Positions 27,080 to 35,931 of a DNA stretch of 64,000 bases are shown here, piece after piece (the stretch's first letter is position 1; each line of letters opens with the position of its first letter). A program made the position numbers and the translations under genes. The notes beneath the pieces are model-generated. The model was not told the origin of the DNA. It saw only the letters and a list, made by a program, of their open reading frames with translations, and did no database searches. The DNA is from an uncultured Acidimicrobiaceae bacterium. Lineage in GTDB: Bacteria > Actinomycetota > Acidimicrobiia > Acidimicrobiales > RAAP-2. Where the stretch lies: positions 22,839 through 86,838 of the forward strand of contig CAWGPG010000003.1 of the NCBI GenBank assembly GCA_963824445.1, in the 5' to 3' direction.

Positions 27080-27856
27080 TCAGCGGCGCGCCGAAGTCGA
27101 ACGGCTCTGCGGTCGCTCGAGCAGGTCGCCGTCCACGAAGATGTCGACCTTCTCGTTGTAGAAGGCGACCATGCCTGCGATGGGCAAGAGCTCACGCGAG
27201 GGAAAGTCGTAGGCCCAGGCGATGTCGGGATGCATGCGCCCGTCGACCAGCTCCGACCAGTACCCGCTCGTGATGCCCTTGTACGGACATGCAGTCACCG
27301 TCTCTGAGGGGGTCAAGCGGGTGAAGTCGACGTCCGTACGGTTCAGGTAGTAGCGGGTGGGCAATCCGGTCTCGAAGCACATGACGGGTGACGACGACTC
27401 GGCCAGCACGACGCCGTGGGACTCGACCCGTACCGAACGCGTGGACCGGATGGCATCGACTCTCGAGTAGGGACTGCGCGGATGGACGAAGACCTGCTCG
27501 TCCTCCTCGTACCAGGCGTCGAGCGCCGACCACTCGAAGCGGACGGTGTCGTCGAGACCGGCCACCTTGGCCGCGGTCAGGATTCGGGCCGCCCCCGGGC
27601 GATGCACGTCACCGATGCGCAGCCCGGCCAGCTTCACGTCACCTCGGGGCGTCTCCTCCGACGTGCCCTCGTCCACGAGGGTGCCCTCCCTCACGTCGGC
27701 GAGGGGAACGTAGTACTGCGGGAACGCGGGCCACTCCCACACGTAGCGAGCATCCGTGGTGTCCACCACCGTGTGGCCGGCCAGCACAGCGCGGATGCGC
27801 CGGGGAACGGGCTCGACGTGGTTGGACGGGACGGGGGGAGCGGGGTAGTCGCGCAC
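27080..27856 (-). CDS. Tandem DUF427 domain protein
   Basis: ORF 27080..28027. The likely start is GTG 27856, preceded by AGGAGG. There are two DUF427-like halves, the second containing TRYYLNRTDVDF..TACPYKGITSGYW. Confidence 0.65.
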   Translation of the reverse strand: MRDYPAPPVPSNHVEPVPRRIRAVLAGHTVVDTTDARYVWEWPAFPQYYVPLADVREGTLVDEGTSEETPRGDVKLAGLRIGDVHRPGAARILTAAKVAGLDDTVRFEWSALDAWYEEDEQVFVHPRSPYSRVDAIRSTRSVRVESHGVVLAESSSPVMCFETGLPTRYYLNRTDVDFTRLTPSETVTACPYKGITSGYWSELVDGRMHPDIAWAYDFPSRELLPIAGMVAFYNEKVDIFVDGDLLERPQSRSTSARR

Positions 27857-27989
27857 CGGTGACCTCCTGGGAGTTTCGCCCGCGACTCTTCGAGCCGCTG
27901 CCGGGTCGTGCCTGGAACCTACCGGCAGACTCCGCGTTGCGGCGCGCTCGGCACGCCAGTACCGGTTTCCCGTTCGGTCCGTTACCGGA

Positions 27990-28700
27990 TCACGACGAGA
28001 TCGCCGCGGCCGCGAGAAGTTGGTCACCGAGAATCGACGTCAACCACTTCTCGTAGCGCTCGCCGTTCCAGCCTCGGTCGAGGACCAGGAGGCCGTACAC
28101 CTCGGGCGACGCCAGGGCATGGATGATGTCGGCGGCGTCACGCTCTTTGAGCCCAGGTCGCAGGGCGCCTCCATGGGCGAGTTGCCGTGCGATGCGGCGT
28201 TGGCCCTCATGACGTTGTCGAGCGATCTCGGCCAGCAATGACGCCGCCTCCTCGTCTGACCGAGCCGCGTCCGCCACGATGCGATGAACTGCACCGGCAC
28301 GGTCCATGACGTCGCGAACCAGCGCGGCAAAGCCCTGGAGCTGTCTGTCCGGGTCCTCGTCTGAGAGCAGGGCGCGGACGTGGGGGCGGTCGAGCATCCC
28401 GACGGCCTCGTTGTCGCCTGCGACCGACACGTCGAGCACCGCCTTGAGGATCCCGAGTTTGGAAGAGAAGAGGCGGTAGACCGTCGCTTGTGGAGTGTCC
28501 GAGCGCTCGCTGATGGCCTCGATGGTCGTGGCGGCATAGCCGCGCTCGATGAAGAGACTTCGGGCCGCCTCGACGACCGCCTCCCAGGTGCGTCGGGTCC
28601 GCGCCTGGCGGGCGACTCTCTTCTCGGGATCCCCGGGCTCCCTGGACCTCTTCGGGTCCTCGGGCTCCTGTCGGCGGGGGGTCTTGACATCGGGATCCAT
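27990..28700 (-). CDS. TetR/AcrR family transcriptional regulator
   Basis: 236 aa. The HTH region is RSLFIERGYAATTIEAISERSDTPQATVYRLFSSKLGIL. Confidence 0.85.
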   Translation of the reverse strand: MDPDVKTPRRQEPEDPKRSREPGDPEKRVARQARTRRTWEAVVEAARSLFIERGYAATTIEAISERSDTPQATVYRLFSSKLGILKAVLDVSVAGDNEAVGMLDRPHVRALLSDEDPDRQLQGFAALVRDVMDRAGAVHRIVADAARSDEEAASLLAEIARQRHEGQRRIARQLAHGGALRPGLKERDAADIIHALASPEVYGLLVLDRGWNGERYEKWLTSILGDQLLAAAAISS

Positions 28701-28706
28701 CTTCGT

Positions 28707-28741
28707 GATAGTAGTACTCTCAAATCGAAAGTGCTACTATC
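28707..28741. promoter_or_regulatory. Candidate TetR operator: 12-nt inverted repeat GATAGTAGTACT-n11-AGTGCTACTATC
   Basis: 11 of 12 positions are complementary. It fills the 44-nt divergent spacer between the TetR start (28700) and the VOC gene (28745/28772). Confidence 0.5.
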
Positions 28742-28771
28742 AATATGATCTCGAACCAGAAAGGCTCAGCC

Positions 28772-29407
28772 ATGACTTCGACCAAAGTCTCTCCGACCTC
28801 CATCACGTCCGTGACCCTGGAGGTTCCCAACCCTGCGGCTGCGGACGCCTTCTACCGTTCCGCGTTCGATCTCGACTCCCGGCTCCAACTCCGGCGTTCA
28901 GAGGCACCGACATCTGGCTTTCGTGGCTTCACGCTTTCGCTCGTCGTGTCCCAGCCGGCGACCGTCGACTGCCTCATCGGCGCGGCGCTCGAAGGCGGCG
29001 CGACCGAACTCAAGCCGGTCAAGAAGAGTCTCTGGGGCTACGGCGGTGCCGTCGCGGCGCCCGACGGAGCGATCTGGAAGGTTGCGACATCAGCCAAGAA
29101 GGACACGGGTCCGGCGACGAAGGAGATCGACGACATCGTGCTCCTCGTGGGAGCGACCGACGTCGCGGCGAGCAAGCGCTTCTACACCGAACGAGGCCTG
29201 GTGGTTACCAGGAGCTTCGGTCGAAAGTACGTCGAGTTCGACGCAACGCCCTCGCACGTGAAGCTGGCGCTCTACGGTCGCCGGGCCCTGGCCAAGGACG
29301 CCGGCGTCGCGTCGGAGGGCACCGGGTCTCACCGGATCGTCATTTCCGGCGAGGGCGGGCAATTTGTCGACCCGGACGGCTTCGCCTGGGAAGGCGACGC
29401 CGCGTGA
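28772..29407 (+). CDS. VOC/glyoxalase-like two-domain protein
   Basis: ORF 28745..29407. ..SITSVTLEVPNPAAADAFYRSAF.. and ..IVLLVGATDVAASKRFYTERGL.. form two beta-alpha-beta-beta-beta modules. The start is either 28745 or 28772. Confidence 0.6.
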   Translation: MTSTKVSPTSITSVTLEVPNPAAADAFYRSAFDLDSRLQLRRSEAPTSGFRGFTLSLVVSQPATVDCLIGAALEGGATELKPVKKSLWGYGGAVAAPDGAIWKVATSAKKDTGPATKEIDDIVLLVGATDVAASKRFYTERGLVVTRSFGRKYVEFDATPSHVKLALYGRRALAKDAGVASEGTGSHRIVISGEGGQFVDPDGFAWEGDAA

Positions 29408-29473
29408 GTCGAAGCCGCCCGTCGGCACGAAGCCGATGACGGTCGGCGGGCGCCCGAAAACGAGCGTCCGCTC

Positions 29474-30568
29474 TCAGGTGATGGCGAGCATGCGCTCGAG
29501 CGCCACCCGGGCCCACTCCGCCGTGTCGGCGTCGACGGTGATGCGGTTGCGGACCTCGCCCTCGACGAGTCCTTCGAGCACCCAGGCCAGGTGTTGGGGA
29601 TCGATGCGGGACATGGTGGAGCACGGGCAGACGAGCGGATCGAGGCAGATCACCGTCTTGTCCGGGGACTCCTGGTCGAGGCGGTTGACGAGGTGGATCT
29701 CTGTGGCTACCCCGATCACGGAACCGGCGGGAGCGGCGTGGACGGCGCGAATGATGGCGTCGGTCGAGCCGACCACGTCGCCGACCTGGGCGACCTCGTG
29801 CGCGCATTCGGGATGGATCATCACGATGCCGTCGGGATGCTCGGCCCGGAACGCGTCCACGTGCTCGGGACGGAAGCGCTGGTGCACGGAACAGTGCCCC
29901 CTCCACAGAAGGAGCGTCGACTCCTTGACCTCTCGTTCCACCAGGCCGCCGAGGGACTGGCGCGGGTTCCACACGTACATGTCGTCGGCGCCATAACCGA
30001 GCTGGAAGCCGGTGTTCCGTCCGAGGTGTTGGTCGGGAAAGAAGAGGACGCGATCGCCGCGCTCGAGCGCCCACGTGAGGACGGCGCGCGCGTTGGACGA
30101 CGTGCACACGGAGCCGCCGTGGCGACCGACAAAGGCCTTCAGCGCGGCGGCGGAGTTCATGTAGGTGATCGGAACCAGACGGTCGACGTCGACGACGCTC
30201 GCCAGTTCGTCCCAGGCCTCTTCGACCTGGTCGATGTCCGCCATATCGGCCATGGAACAGCCCGCGTTCAGGTCAGGGAGCACGACTTGTTGCTGTGGCG
30301 ACGTAAGAATGTCGGCCGACTCGGCCATGAAGTGCACCCCGCAGAACACGATGAATTCGGCCTCGTGCTGGTCGGCGGCGGTACGGGACAGGCCGAAGGA
30401 GTCGCCCCGTGCGTCGGCCCACCGCATCACGTCGTCGCGCTGGTAGTGGTGACCGAGGACGAAGACTCTGGGGCCGAGGGCGGCCCGGGCGGAGCCGATC
30501 ATCTCGGCCAGATCGGCCTCGGACGCGGCGCTGTAGCGCTCGGGAAGCGGCTTCTGGAGCCTGAACAT
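29474..30568 (-). CDS. nadA: Quinolinate synthase
   Basis: ORF 29474..30904, with the likely start at ATG 30568 (MFRLQKPLPERY). Motifs: FCGVHFMAESADIL, NAGCSMADMA, ITYMNSAAALKAF, HPECAHEV and LVCPCSTMSRI. Confidence 0.9.
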   Translation of the reverse strand: MFRLQKPLPERYSAASEADLAEMIGSARAALGPRVFVLGHHYQRDDVMRWADARGDSFGLSRTAADQHEAEFIVFCGVHFMAESADILTSPQQQVVLPDLNAGCSMADMADIDQVEEAWDELASVVDVDRLVPITYMNSAAALKAFVGRHGGSVCTSSNARAVLTWALERGDRVLFFPDQHLGRNTGFQLGYGADDMYVWNPRQSLGGLVEREVKESTLLLWRGHCSVHQRFRPEHVDAFRAEHPDGIVMIHPECAHEVAQVGDVVGSTDAIIRAVHAAPAGSVIGVATEIHLVNRLDQESPDKTVICLDPLVCPCSTMSRIDPQHLAWVLEGLVEGEVRNRITVDADTAEWARVALERMLAIT

Positions 30569-30875
30569 CGTGTCTGCCCCCTTCGAGGGAGAGCATCGAT
30601 CTGGCCGGCGGGGACAGCCTGGTCGCCCATCCGCGGGTATGTCGGCCTCGATGCGAGGTTGTCTGCCGGATACCAGGCCGGCACCAGCCACTTTATCCGC
30701 CTTCACCACCTGCCGGGCGGTTTCCCACCCACGGCGGCGAGGCCTGCCGCTCACCCATGAGCCGGGCGCTGCCGCAGTCCCGAGGACGGCGGCGTCAAGG
30801 TCTCTCCGGGCGTCGGTGGCCGCGGGCGGTGTCGGACGCGCATGGAACGGGCTTCGCCGCGCCATAGTGGAGTAG

Positions 30876-32741
30876 ATGCAGTATCGGCCCCCGACCGGGT
30901 CCATCCCAGACGCCCCCGGGTCCTACCAGTTCTACGACGCCGAAGGCCGGGTGCTGTACGTCGGCAAGGCCAAGTCGCTCCGCCATCGACTGCCCAATTA
31001 TTGGCAGGACTCGGCGAAACTGCCCCCGCGGACGGCGCAGCTGGTGGCCCAGGCCGACCATGTCGAGTGGGTCGTCGTCGACAGCGAGGTGGACGCGCTG
31101 ATCCTCGAGCACTCGCTGATTCAGGCGCACCTGCCCCGCTACAACGTGAGACTCAAGGACGACAAGAGCTACCCCTGGCTCGCGGTCACGCTCAACGAGG
31201 AGTGGCCCCGCCCGGCGGTGGTCCGTGGCCACAAGCGAAAAGGGGTGCGGTACTTCGGGCCGTACGGCAACGCAGGCGCCATCCGCTCGACCCTCGACCT
31301 GCTGGTGCGCAGCTTCCCGGTGCGGACGTGCTCGGACACCAAGTTCAAACGCCATGAACGTTTGGGGCGACCGTGTCTGCTCTACGACATCGACCGTTGC
31401 TCGGGACCCTGTGTGGGCGCCGTCGACCACGAGGCGTATACGGGGTACGTCGAGGATCTGATGGGGTTCCTCTCGGGCGACACCGAACCGGTGTTGGCCC
31501 GTCTGGAGGGCGAGATGCTGGCGGCCTCGGACGAGCTCCAGTTCGAGAGGGCGGCGCGTCTCCGTGACCGTATCGCCGCGGTGCACAAGGCCGCCGAGAC
31601 CCAGCAGATGGTCTCCGACCGTCCCGAGGACTTCGACGTCGTCGGGATCGCCGAGGACCCGCTCGAGGCGTCGGTCCAGATCTTCCGCGTGCGCCGCGGG
31701 CGAGTCGTGGGGCACCGCGGCTTCGTGGCCGAGAAGGTGGAGGACCTTTCGCCTGCCGACTTCATGTCGCTCGTGGTGTCGCAGGTGTACGGCGCGGTCG
31801 GAGCAGAGGTGCCACGACGGGTTCTGGTGCCGGAGGAGCCGGCTGATCGAGAGCTGTTGCAGAGCTGGCTCACGACGACCAGAGGTGGTCCCGTCGACAT
31901 CTCGGTGCCCAAGCGCGGCGCCAAGCGCGCCTTACAAGAGATGGTGGCGCGGACTGCGAGCGAAGACCTGGCCCGCCACCGTCTCCGACGGGCGAGCGAC
32001 CACAACGCGCGCTCAAAGGCACTCACCGAGCTCCAGCTCGCGCTCGGTCTGCAGGAGGCACCGCTCCGTATCGAGTGCTACGACATGAGCCACTTGCAAG
32101 GGACCGACTACGTGGGCTCCATGGTCGTGCTCGAAGACGGCCTGCCCAAGCGATCGGACTATCGCCGCTTCATGGTCAAGAGCGTGGCCGGCAACGACGA
32201 CTACGCCGCGATGGAAGAGGTCTTGACGAGACGGCTCACCGCACTGATGGAACCTGAGAAACCGATGAGTAACGGGCGCCCGCGGCGCTTCGCCTACCGG
32301 CCCAATCTGCTCCTCGTCGACGGGGGGAAGGGACAGCTCGGTGTGGCCGAACGGGTCGTACACCACCTTGGGCTGGAGAGGGAGGTGGAGCTGGCGGCGC
32401 TGGCCAAGCAGTTCGAGGAGGTGTACCGGCCGGGATCGCCCGACCCGGTGCGGATCCGCCGCGGCTCGGACGCTCTGTACCTGCTCCAGCGGGTGCGTGA
32501 CGAGGCCCACCGCTTCGCCATCACGTTCCATCGCGAACGGCGGGGAAAGCGGATGACGAGGAGCATCCTTGACGGGATCCCCGGGCTCGGCCCCGCCCGC
32601 AAGGCTCGCCTGGTCAAGGAACTGGGCGGTGTCAACGCAGTGCGTGCGGCGACGCTCGAGCAGCTCCACGCATTGCCGTGGCTGCCCGACGCCGTTGCCC
32701 TGGCCGTGTACGACGGGGTGCGACAGGCTAGGGGACGATGA
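30876..32741 (+). CDS. uvrC: Excinuclease ABC subunit C
   Basis: 621 aa. The GIY-YIG motif is GSYQFYDAEGRVLYVGKAKSLRHRL, followed by the UVR domain and a C-terminal HhH (LDGIPGLGPARKARLV). Confidence 0.95.
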   Translation: MQYRPPTGSIPDAPGSYQFYDAEGRVLYVGKAKSLRHRLPNYWQDSAKLPPRTAQLVAQADHVEWVVVDSEVDALILEHSLIQAHLPRYNVRLKDDKSYPWLAVTLNEEWPRPAVVRGHKRKGVRYFGPYGNAGAIRSTLDLLVRSFPVRTCSDTKFKRHERLGRPCLLYDIDRCSGPCVGAVDHEAYTGYVEDLMGFLSGDTEPVLARLEGEMLAASDELQFERAARLRDRIAAVHKAAETQQMVSDRPEDFDVVGIAEDPLEASVQIFRVRRGRVVGHRGFVAEKVEDLSPADFMSLVVSQVYGAVGAEVPRRVLVPEEPADRELLQSWLTTTRGGPVDISVPKRGAKRALQEMVARTASEDLARHRLRRASDHNARSKALTELQLALGLQEAPLRIECYDMSHLQGTDYVGSMVVLEDGLPKRSDYRRFMVKSVAGNDDYAAMEEVLTRRLTALMEPEKPMSNGRPRRFAYRPNLLLVDGGKGQLGVAERVVHHLGLEREVELAALAKQFEEVYRPGSPDPVRIRRGSDALYLLQRVRDEAHRFAITFHRERRGKRMTRSILDGIPGLGPARKARLVKELGGVNAVRAATLEQLHALPWLPDAVALAVYDGVRQARGR

Positions 32742-33700
32742 GCTGGGATCCGACGCTACGGGACGCCGCCACACGGGAGGGGCGAGACATCCGGGACGCC
32801 GTGAGCGAGGAGGAGCCCGGTGAGCGGAGCGCGTCCGTGAGCGAGTTCCTGGTCGTCACCGGGATGTCGGGCGCGGGACGGTCGACCGCGGCGGCGACGC
32901 TCGAGGACCTGGGCTGGTTCGTCATCGACAACCTGCCGGCGGAGCTCATGATGAAGATGGCCGAGATCGTGGACCGGCCGGGTTCCGGACTGGAACGGGT
33001 CGTGCTCGTGATCGGCCGCGGCGGCGCCAACACCGGCGCCGAGTACTTCGTCGATCTCCCCGATCTGTTGGACCAGCTGCGCAAGAGCCGCTCGCGCGTG
33101 CGGGTGGTCTTCCTCGATGCGCCTGACGACGTCCTGGTCCGTCGCTACGAGGGAACCAGGCGCCGTCACCCACTTGCCGCCCGCGGCGTGGAGGAGTCGA
33201 TCGCCGACGAGCGCCGACTGCTGGAGCCGGTGCGCGAGCGTGCGGACCTTCTCATCGACACCGGAGAGCTGAACTCGAACCAACTCCGTTCGAGGATCCT
33301 CGAGGCGTTCGGCGACGACGAGATCCCGAACATGCAGACGTCGGTCATCTCGTTCGGGTACAAACACGGGATCCCGCTCGACGTCGACATCGTCTTCGAC
33401 TGTCGCTTCCTGCCCAATCCGTTCTGGGTCGAGGAGCTGCGCCCCTACAGCGGATTGGACAAACCCGTGCGCGACTACGTGTTGTGCCAGCAAGAATCCG
33501 AGGCGTTCTTGGAGAAGGTCGACGATCTCCTCACGAGCATCCTGCCGGCGTTCGTCCGCGAGGGGAAGTCCTACCTGACGATCGCCATCGGGTGCACCGG
33601 GGGTCGGCACCGGTCCGTGGCGCTGGCCGAGGCGCTCGCCGAACGGCTGTGTGCGAACGAGTACGCCGTGTCGGTCTTCCACCGGGACATCGACCGATGA
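32738..33700 (+). CDS. rapZ: RNase adapter protein RapZ (YvcJ family)
   Basis: 320 aa. Motifs: VVTGMSGAGRSTAAATLEDLGWFVIDNLP and IAIGCTGGRHRSVALAE. ATGA overlap with uvrC. Confidence 0.9.
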   Translation: MSWDPTLRDAATREGRDIRDAVSEEEPGERSASVSEFLVVTGMSGAGRSTAAATLEDLGWFVIDNLPAELMMKMAEIVDRPGSGLERVVLVIGRGGANTGAEYFVDLPDLLDQLRKSRSRVRVVFLDAPDDVLVRRYEGTRRRHPLAARGVEESIADERRLLEPVRERADLLIDTGELNSNQLRSRILEAFGDDEIPNMQTSVISFGYKHGIPLDVDIVFDCRFLPNPFWVEELRPYSGLDKPVRDYVLCQQESEAFLEKVDDLLTSILPAFVREGKSYLTIAIGCTGGRHRSVALAEALAERLCANEYAVSVFHRDIDR

Positions 33701-34569
33701 CGCGGCTTCGACCGTCGGTCGTCGCCATCGGAGGAGGTCACGGGACGGCGGTGACGTTGAAGGCGGCCCGCCGGTACGCCGGGGCCCTCACGGGGGTGGT
33801 GTCGGTGGCCGATGACGGCGGGAGCAGCGGTCGGCTCCGGGAGCTGTTCAACGTGGTGGCGCTCGGCGATATCCGCAAGTGCCTCGTCGCGTTGGCCGAC
33901 GAGGATTCCGCCCTCGCCCTCGCGTTCGAGCGCCGCTTCGAGGAGGGTGAGCTGAACGGGCACGCCCTCGGGAACCTGATCCTGACCGGGCTCATCGACG
34001 CCACGGGCGATCTCGTCCTCGGCGTCCGAGAGGCGGCGACGCTCCTCGGGGCCCACGGAGACGTCCTCCCCGCCACGACGGAGCTGGTCGTGCTCAAGGC
34101 CGAGTCGGCCCTGGGCACGGTGGCGGGACAGGTGGCCGTGATGGGCACCGGCAACATCTCGACCGTGTCGCTGGTGCCAGAAGATGCCCAGGCGCCGCCG
34201 TTGGTGGTCGAACGCATCATGGAAGCGGACCAGGTCGTGATCGGCCCAGGGTCGTTGTTCACGAGCGTGTTGGCCGCCGTGGCGGTGAAAGACATCGCCG
34301 AGGCGGTCGCCGCCACCAAAGGACAAGTGGTCTACGTGTGCAACTTGTATCCGCAGATCCCTGAGACCGAGGGCTATGACGTGGCGGCGCACGTGGCCGC
34401 CCTGGCCAGGCACCATGTCCCGGTCGACCTGGTGGTCTGTGACACCATCGGCATCATGGAGGTGGGCGCGACCGACGTGCCCGTGCTCGACCTCCCGTTG
34501 ACGGGTGACAACACTCACGTCCACAGCCCGGCCAAACTGGCGCAGGCGCTTTCGGGTCTGCTGGCATAG
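33697..34569 (+). CDS. yvcK: YvcK/CofD-like gluconeogenesis factor family protein
   Basis: In-frame part of ORF 33484..34569 from ATG 33697 (ATGA overlap with rapZ): MTRLRPSVVAIGGGHGTAVTLKAARRY..VVSVADDGGSSGRLR. Confidence 0.85.
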   Translation: MTRLRPSVVAIGGGHGTAVTLKAARRYAGALTGVVSVADDGGSSGRLRELFNVVALGDIRKCLVALADEDSALALAFERRFEEGELNGHALGNLILTGLIDATGDLVLGVREAATLLGAHGDVLPATTELVVLKAESALGTVAGQVAVMGTGNISTVSLVPEDAQAPPLVVERIMEADQVVIGPGSLFTSVLAAVAVKDIAEAVAATKGQVVYVCNLYPQIPETEGYDVAAHVAALARHHVPVDLVVCDTIGIMEVGATDVPVLDLPLTGDNTHVHSPAKLAQALSGLLA

Positions 34570-34720
34570 GCGCCCTGATGACTGGCACCGGTGCCTGGGC
34601 CAATGGAGCTGGCGAACCGTCGAGCGCCGTGACCGCGACGTACGCCCGGGCGCCGGAACCGACGTCTGGCCTGAGGGCGTCGAGGGCCTCCTCGGTCCCG
34701 CTGGTGTGGCAGTGCCGCAC

Positions 34721-34790
34721 ACGCGAGAACGAGGCGCGAACGAGATGCGCGAGGACGGAGACGCGCGAGAACGAGACGCGCGAGAACGAG
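34721..34790 (+). repeat. Purine-rich degenerate tandem repeat (unit ACGCGCGAGAACGAG) in the yvcK-gap spacer
   Basis: Two perfect 15-nt copies at 34761-34775 and 34776-34790. Degenerate copies lie at 34721-34733, 34734-34744 and 34745-34760. The repeat ends about 20 nt before the gap RBS (gaaggag). Confidence 0.7.
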
Positions 34791-34823
34791 ACTGATGACG
34801 GACGAGAGAAGGAGCACGAGGAC

Positions 34824-35909
34824 ATGACCGTGCGAGTCGGAATCAACGGGTTTGGGCGCATCGGGCGCAACTTCTTACGGGCCGTCCTGGCGACCGGGGC
34901 CGACGTGAACGTGGTGGGCGTGAACGATCTCACGTCGGCAGAGACTCTGGCGCATCTCCTGCGTTACGACTCGACCCAAGGCCGGCTGCCGGTGCCGGTC
35001 CAAGTCGAGGGCAACGATTTGATCGTCGGCGACCAGCCGATCCGGGTGATGGCCGAACGCGACCCGGCGCAGCTGCCCTGGGACGAGCTCGGAGCGGACG
35101 TCGTGATCGAGTCGACCGGGCGCTTCACCAGCCGGGCCGACGCAGCGAAGCACCTCGGCGGCTCGGTGAAGCGGGTCATCATCTCGACCGCCTCGGGCGA
35201 CGCCGACGCGACGTTCGTGGTGGGCGTGAACGACGACGACTTCGATCCCGCCCGGCACATGGTCGTTTCGAACGCCTCGTGCACCACCAACTGCTTCGTG
35301 CCCATGGTCAAGGTGGTCGACGAGGCTTTCGACATCGTGAGCGGTCTCATGACCACGGTGCACGCCTACACGAACGACCAGAATCTGCTCGACCTGACGC
35401 ACAAAGACCTGCGGCGTGCACGCGCCGGTGCGGCCAACATCGTCCCGACGTCCACCGGTGCCGCCCGGGCCACCGGCCTCGTCCTCGAGTCCATGCAGGG
35501 ACGCCTCGACGGGATCTCCCTGCGGGTGCCGCTGCCGGATGGATCGATCACCGACTTCACCGCCGTGGTGCGGGGCAGGCCGTCGGTGGACGACGTCAAC
35601 AACGCCTTCGCCGAAGCCGCGGCCAAGCCGCCGCTCGAGCGCGTGCTCGAGTACACCGAGGACCCGATCGTATCGAGCGACATCGTGGGCTCGCCCGCGT
35701 CGTGCACCTTCGACGCGGGGCTCACGATGGTCATGCCGATCGGCGGAGGTGGCGCGGGCGCACGCGCAGCCGCGGGAACCGACGCCGCCGCCGAACTGTC
35801 CCTCGTGAAGGTGTTCGGCTGGTACGACAACGAGTGGGGCTACTCGAACCGACTGGTCGACCTGACGGTGCTCGTCGGCGTGGGCACCGGCACGGGCGAA
35901 GGCCGCTGA
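34824..35909 (+). CDS. gap: Glyceraldehyde-3-phosphate dehydrogenase (type I)
   Basis: In-frame part of ORF 34578..35909 from ATG 34824: MTVRVGINGFGRIGRNFLRA, SNASCTTNC, WYDNEWGYS. Confidence 0.95.
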   Translation: MTVRVGINGFGRIGRNFLRAVLATGADVNVVGVNDLTSAETLAHLLRYDSTQGRLPVPVQVEGNDLIVGDQPIRVMAERDPAQLPWDELGADVVIESTGRFTSRADAAKHLGGSVKRVIISTASGDADATFVVGVNDDDFDPARHMVVSNASCTTNCFVPMVKVVDEAFDIVSGLMTTVHAYTNDQNLLDLTHKDLRRARAGAANIVPTSTGAARATGLVLESMQGRLDGISLRVPLPDGSITDFTAVVRGRPSVDDVNNAFAEAAAKPPLERVLEYTEDPIVSSDIVGSPASCTFDAGLTMVMPIGGGGAGARAAAGTDAAAELSLVKVFGWYDNEWGYSNRLVDLTVLVGVGTGTGEGR

Positions 35910-35931
35910 GCTGAGGGATCGCACCGGCGAC

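Noticed and set aside
34721-34806. Tandem repeat considered as a mini CRISPR or other array
   Set aside because: The units are 11-16 nt and contiguous with no spacers. No cas genes and no longer array are present, so it is reported only as a simple tandem repeat.
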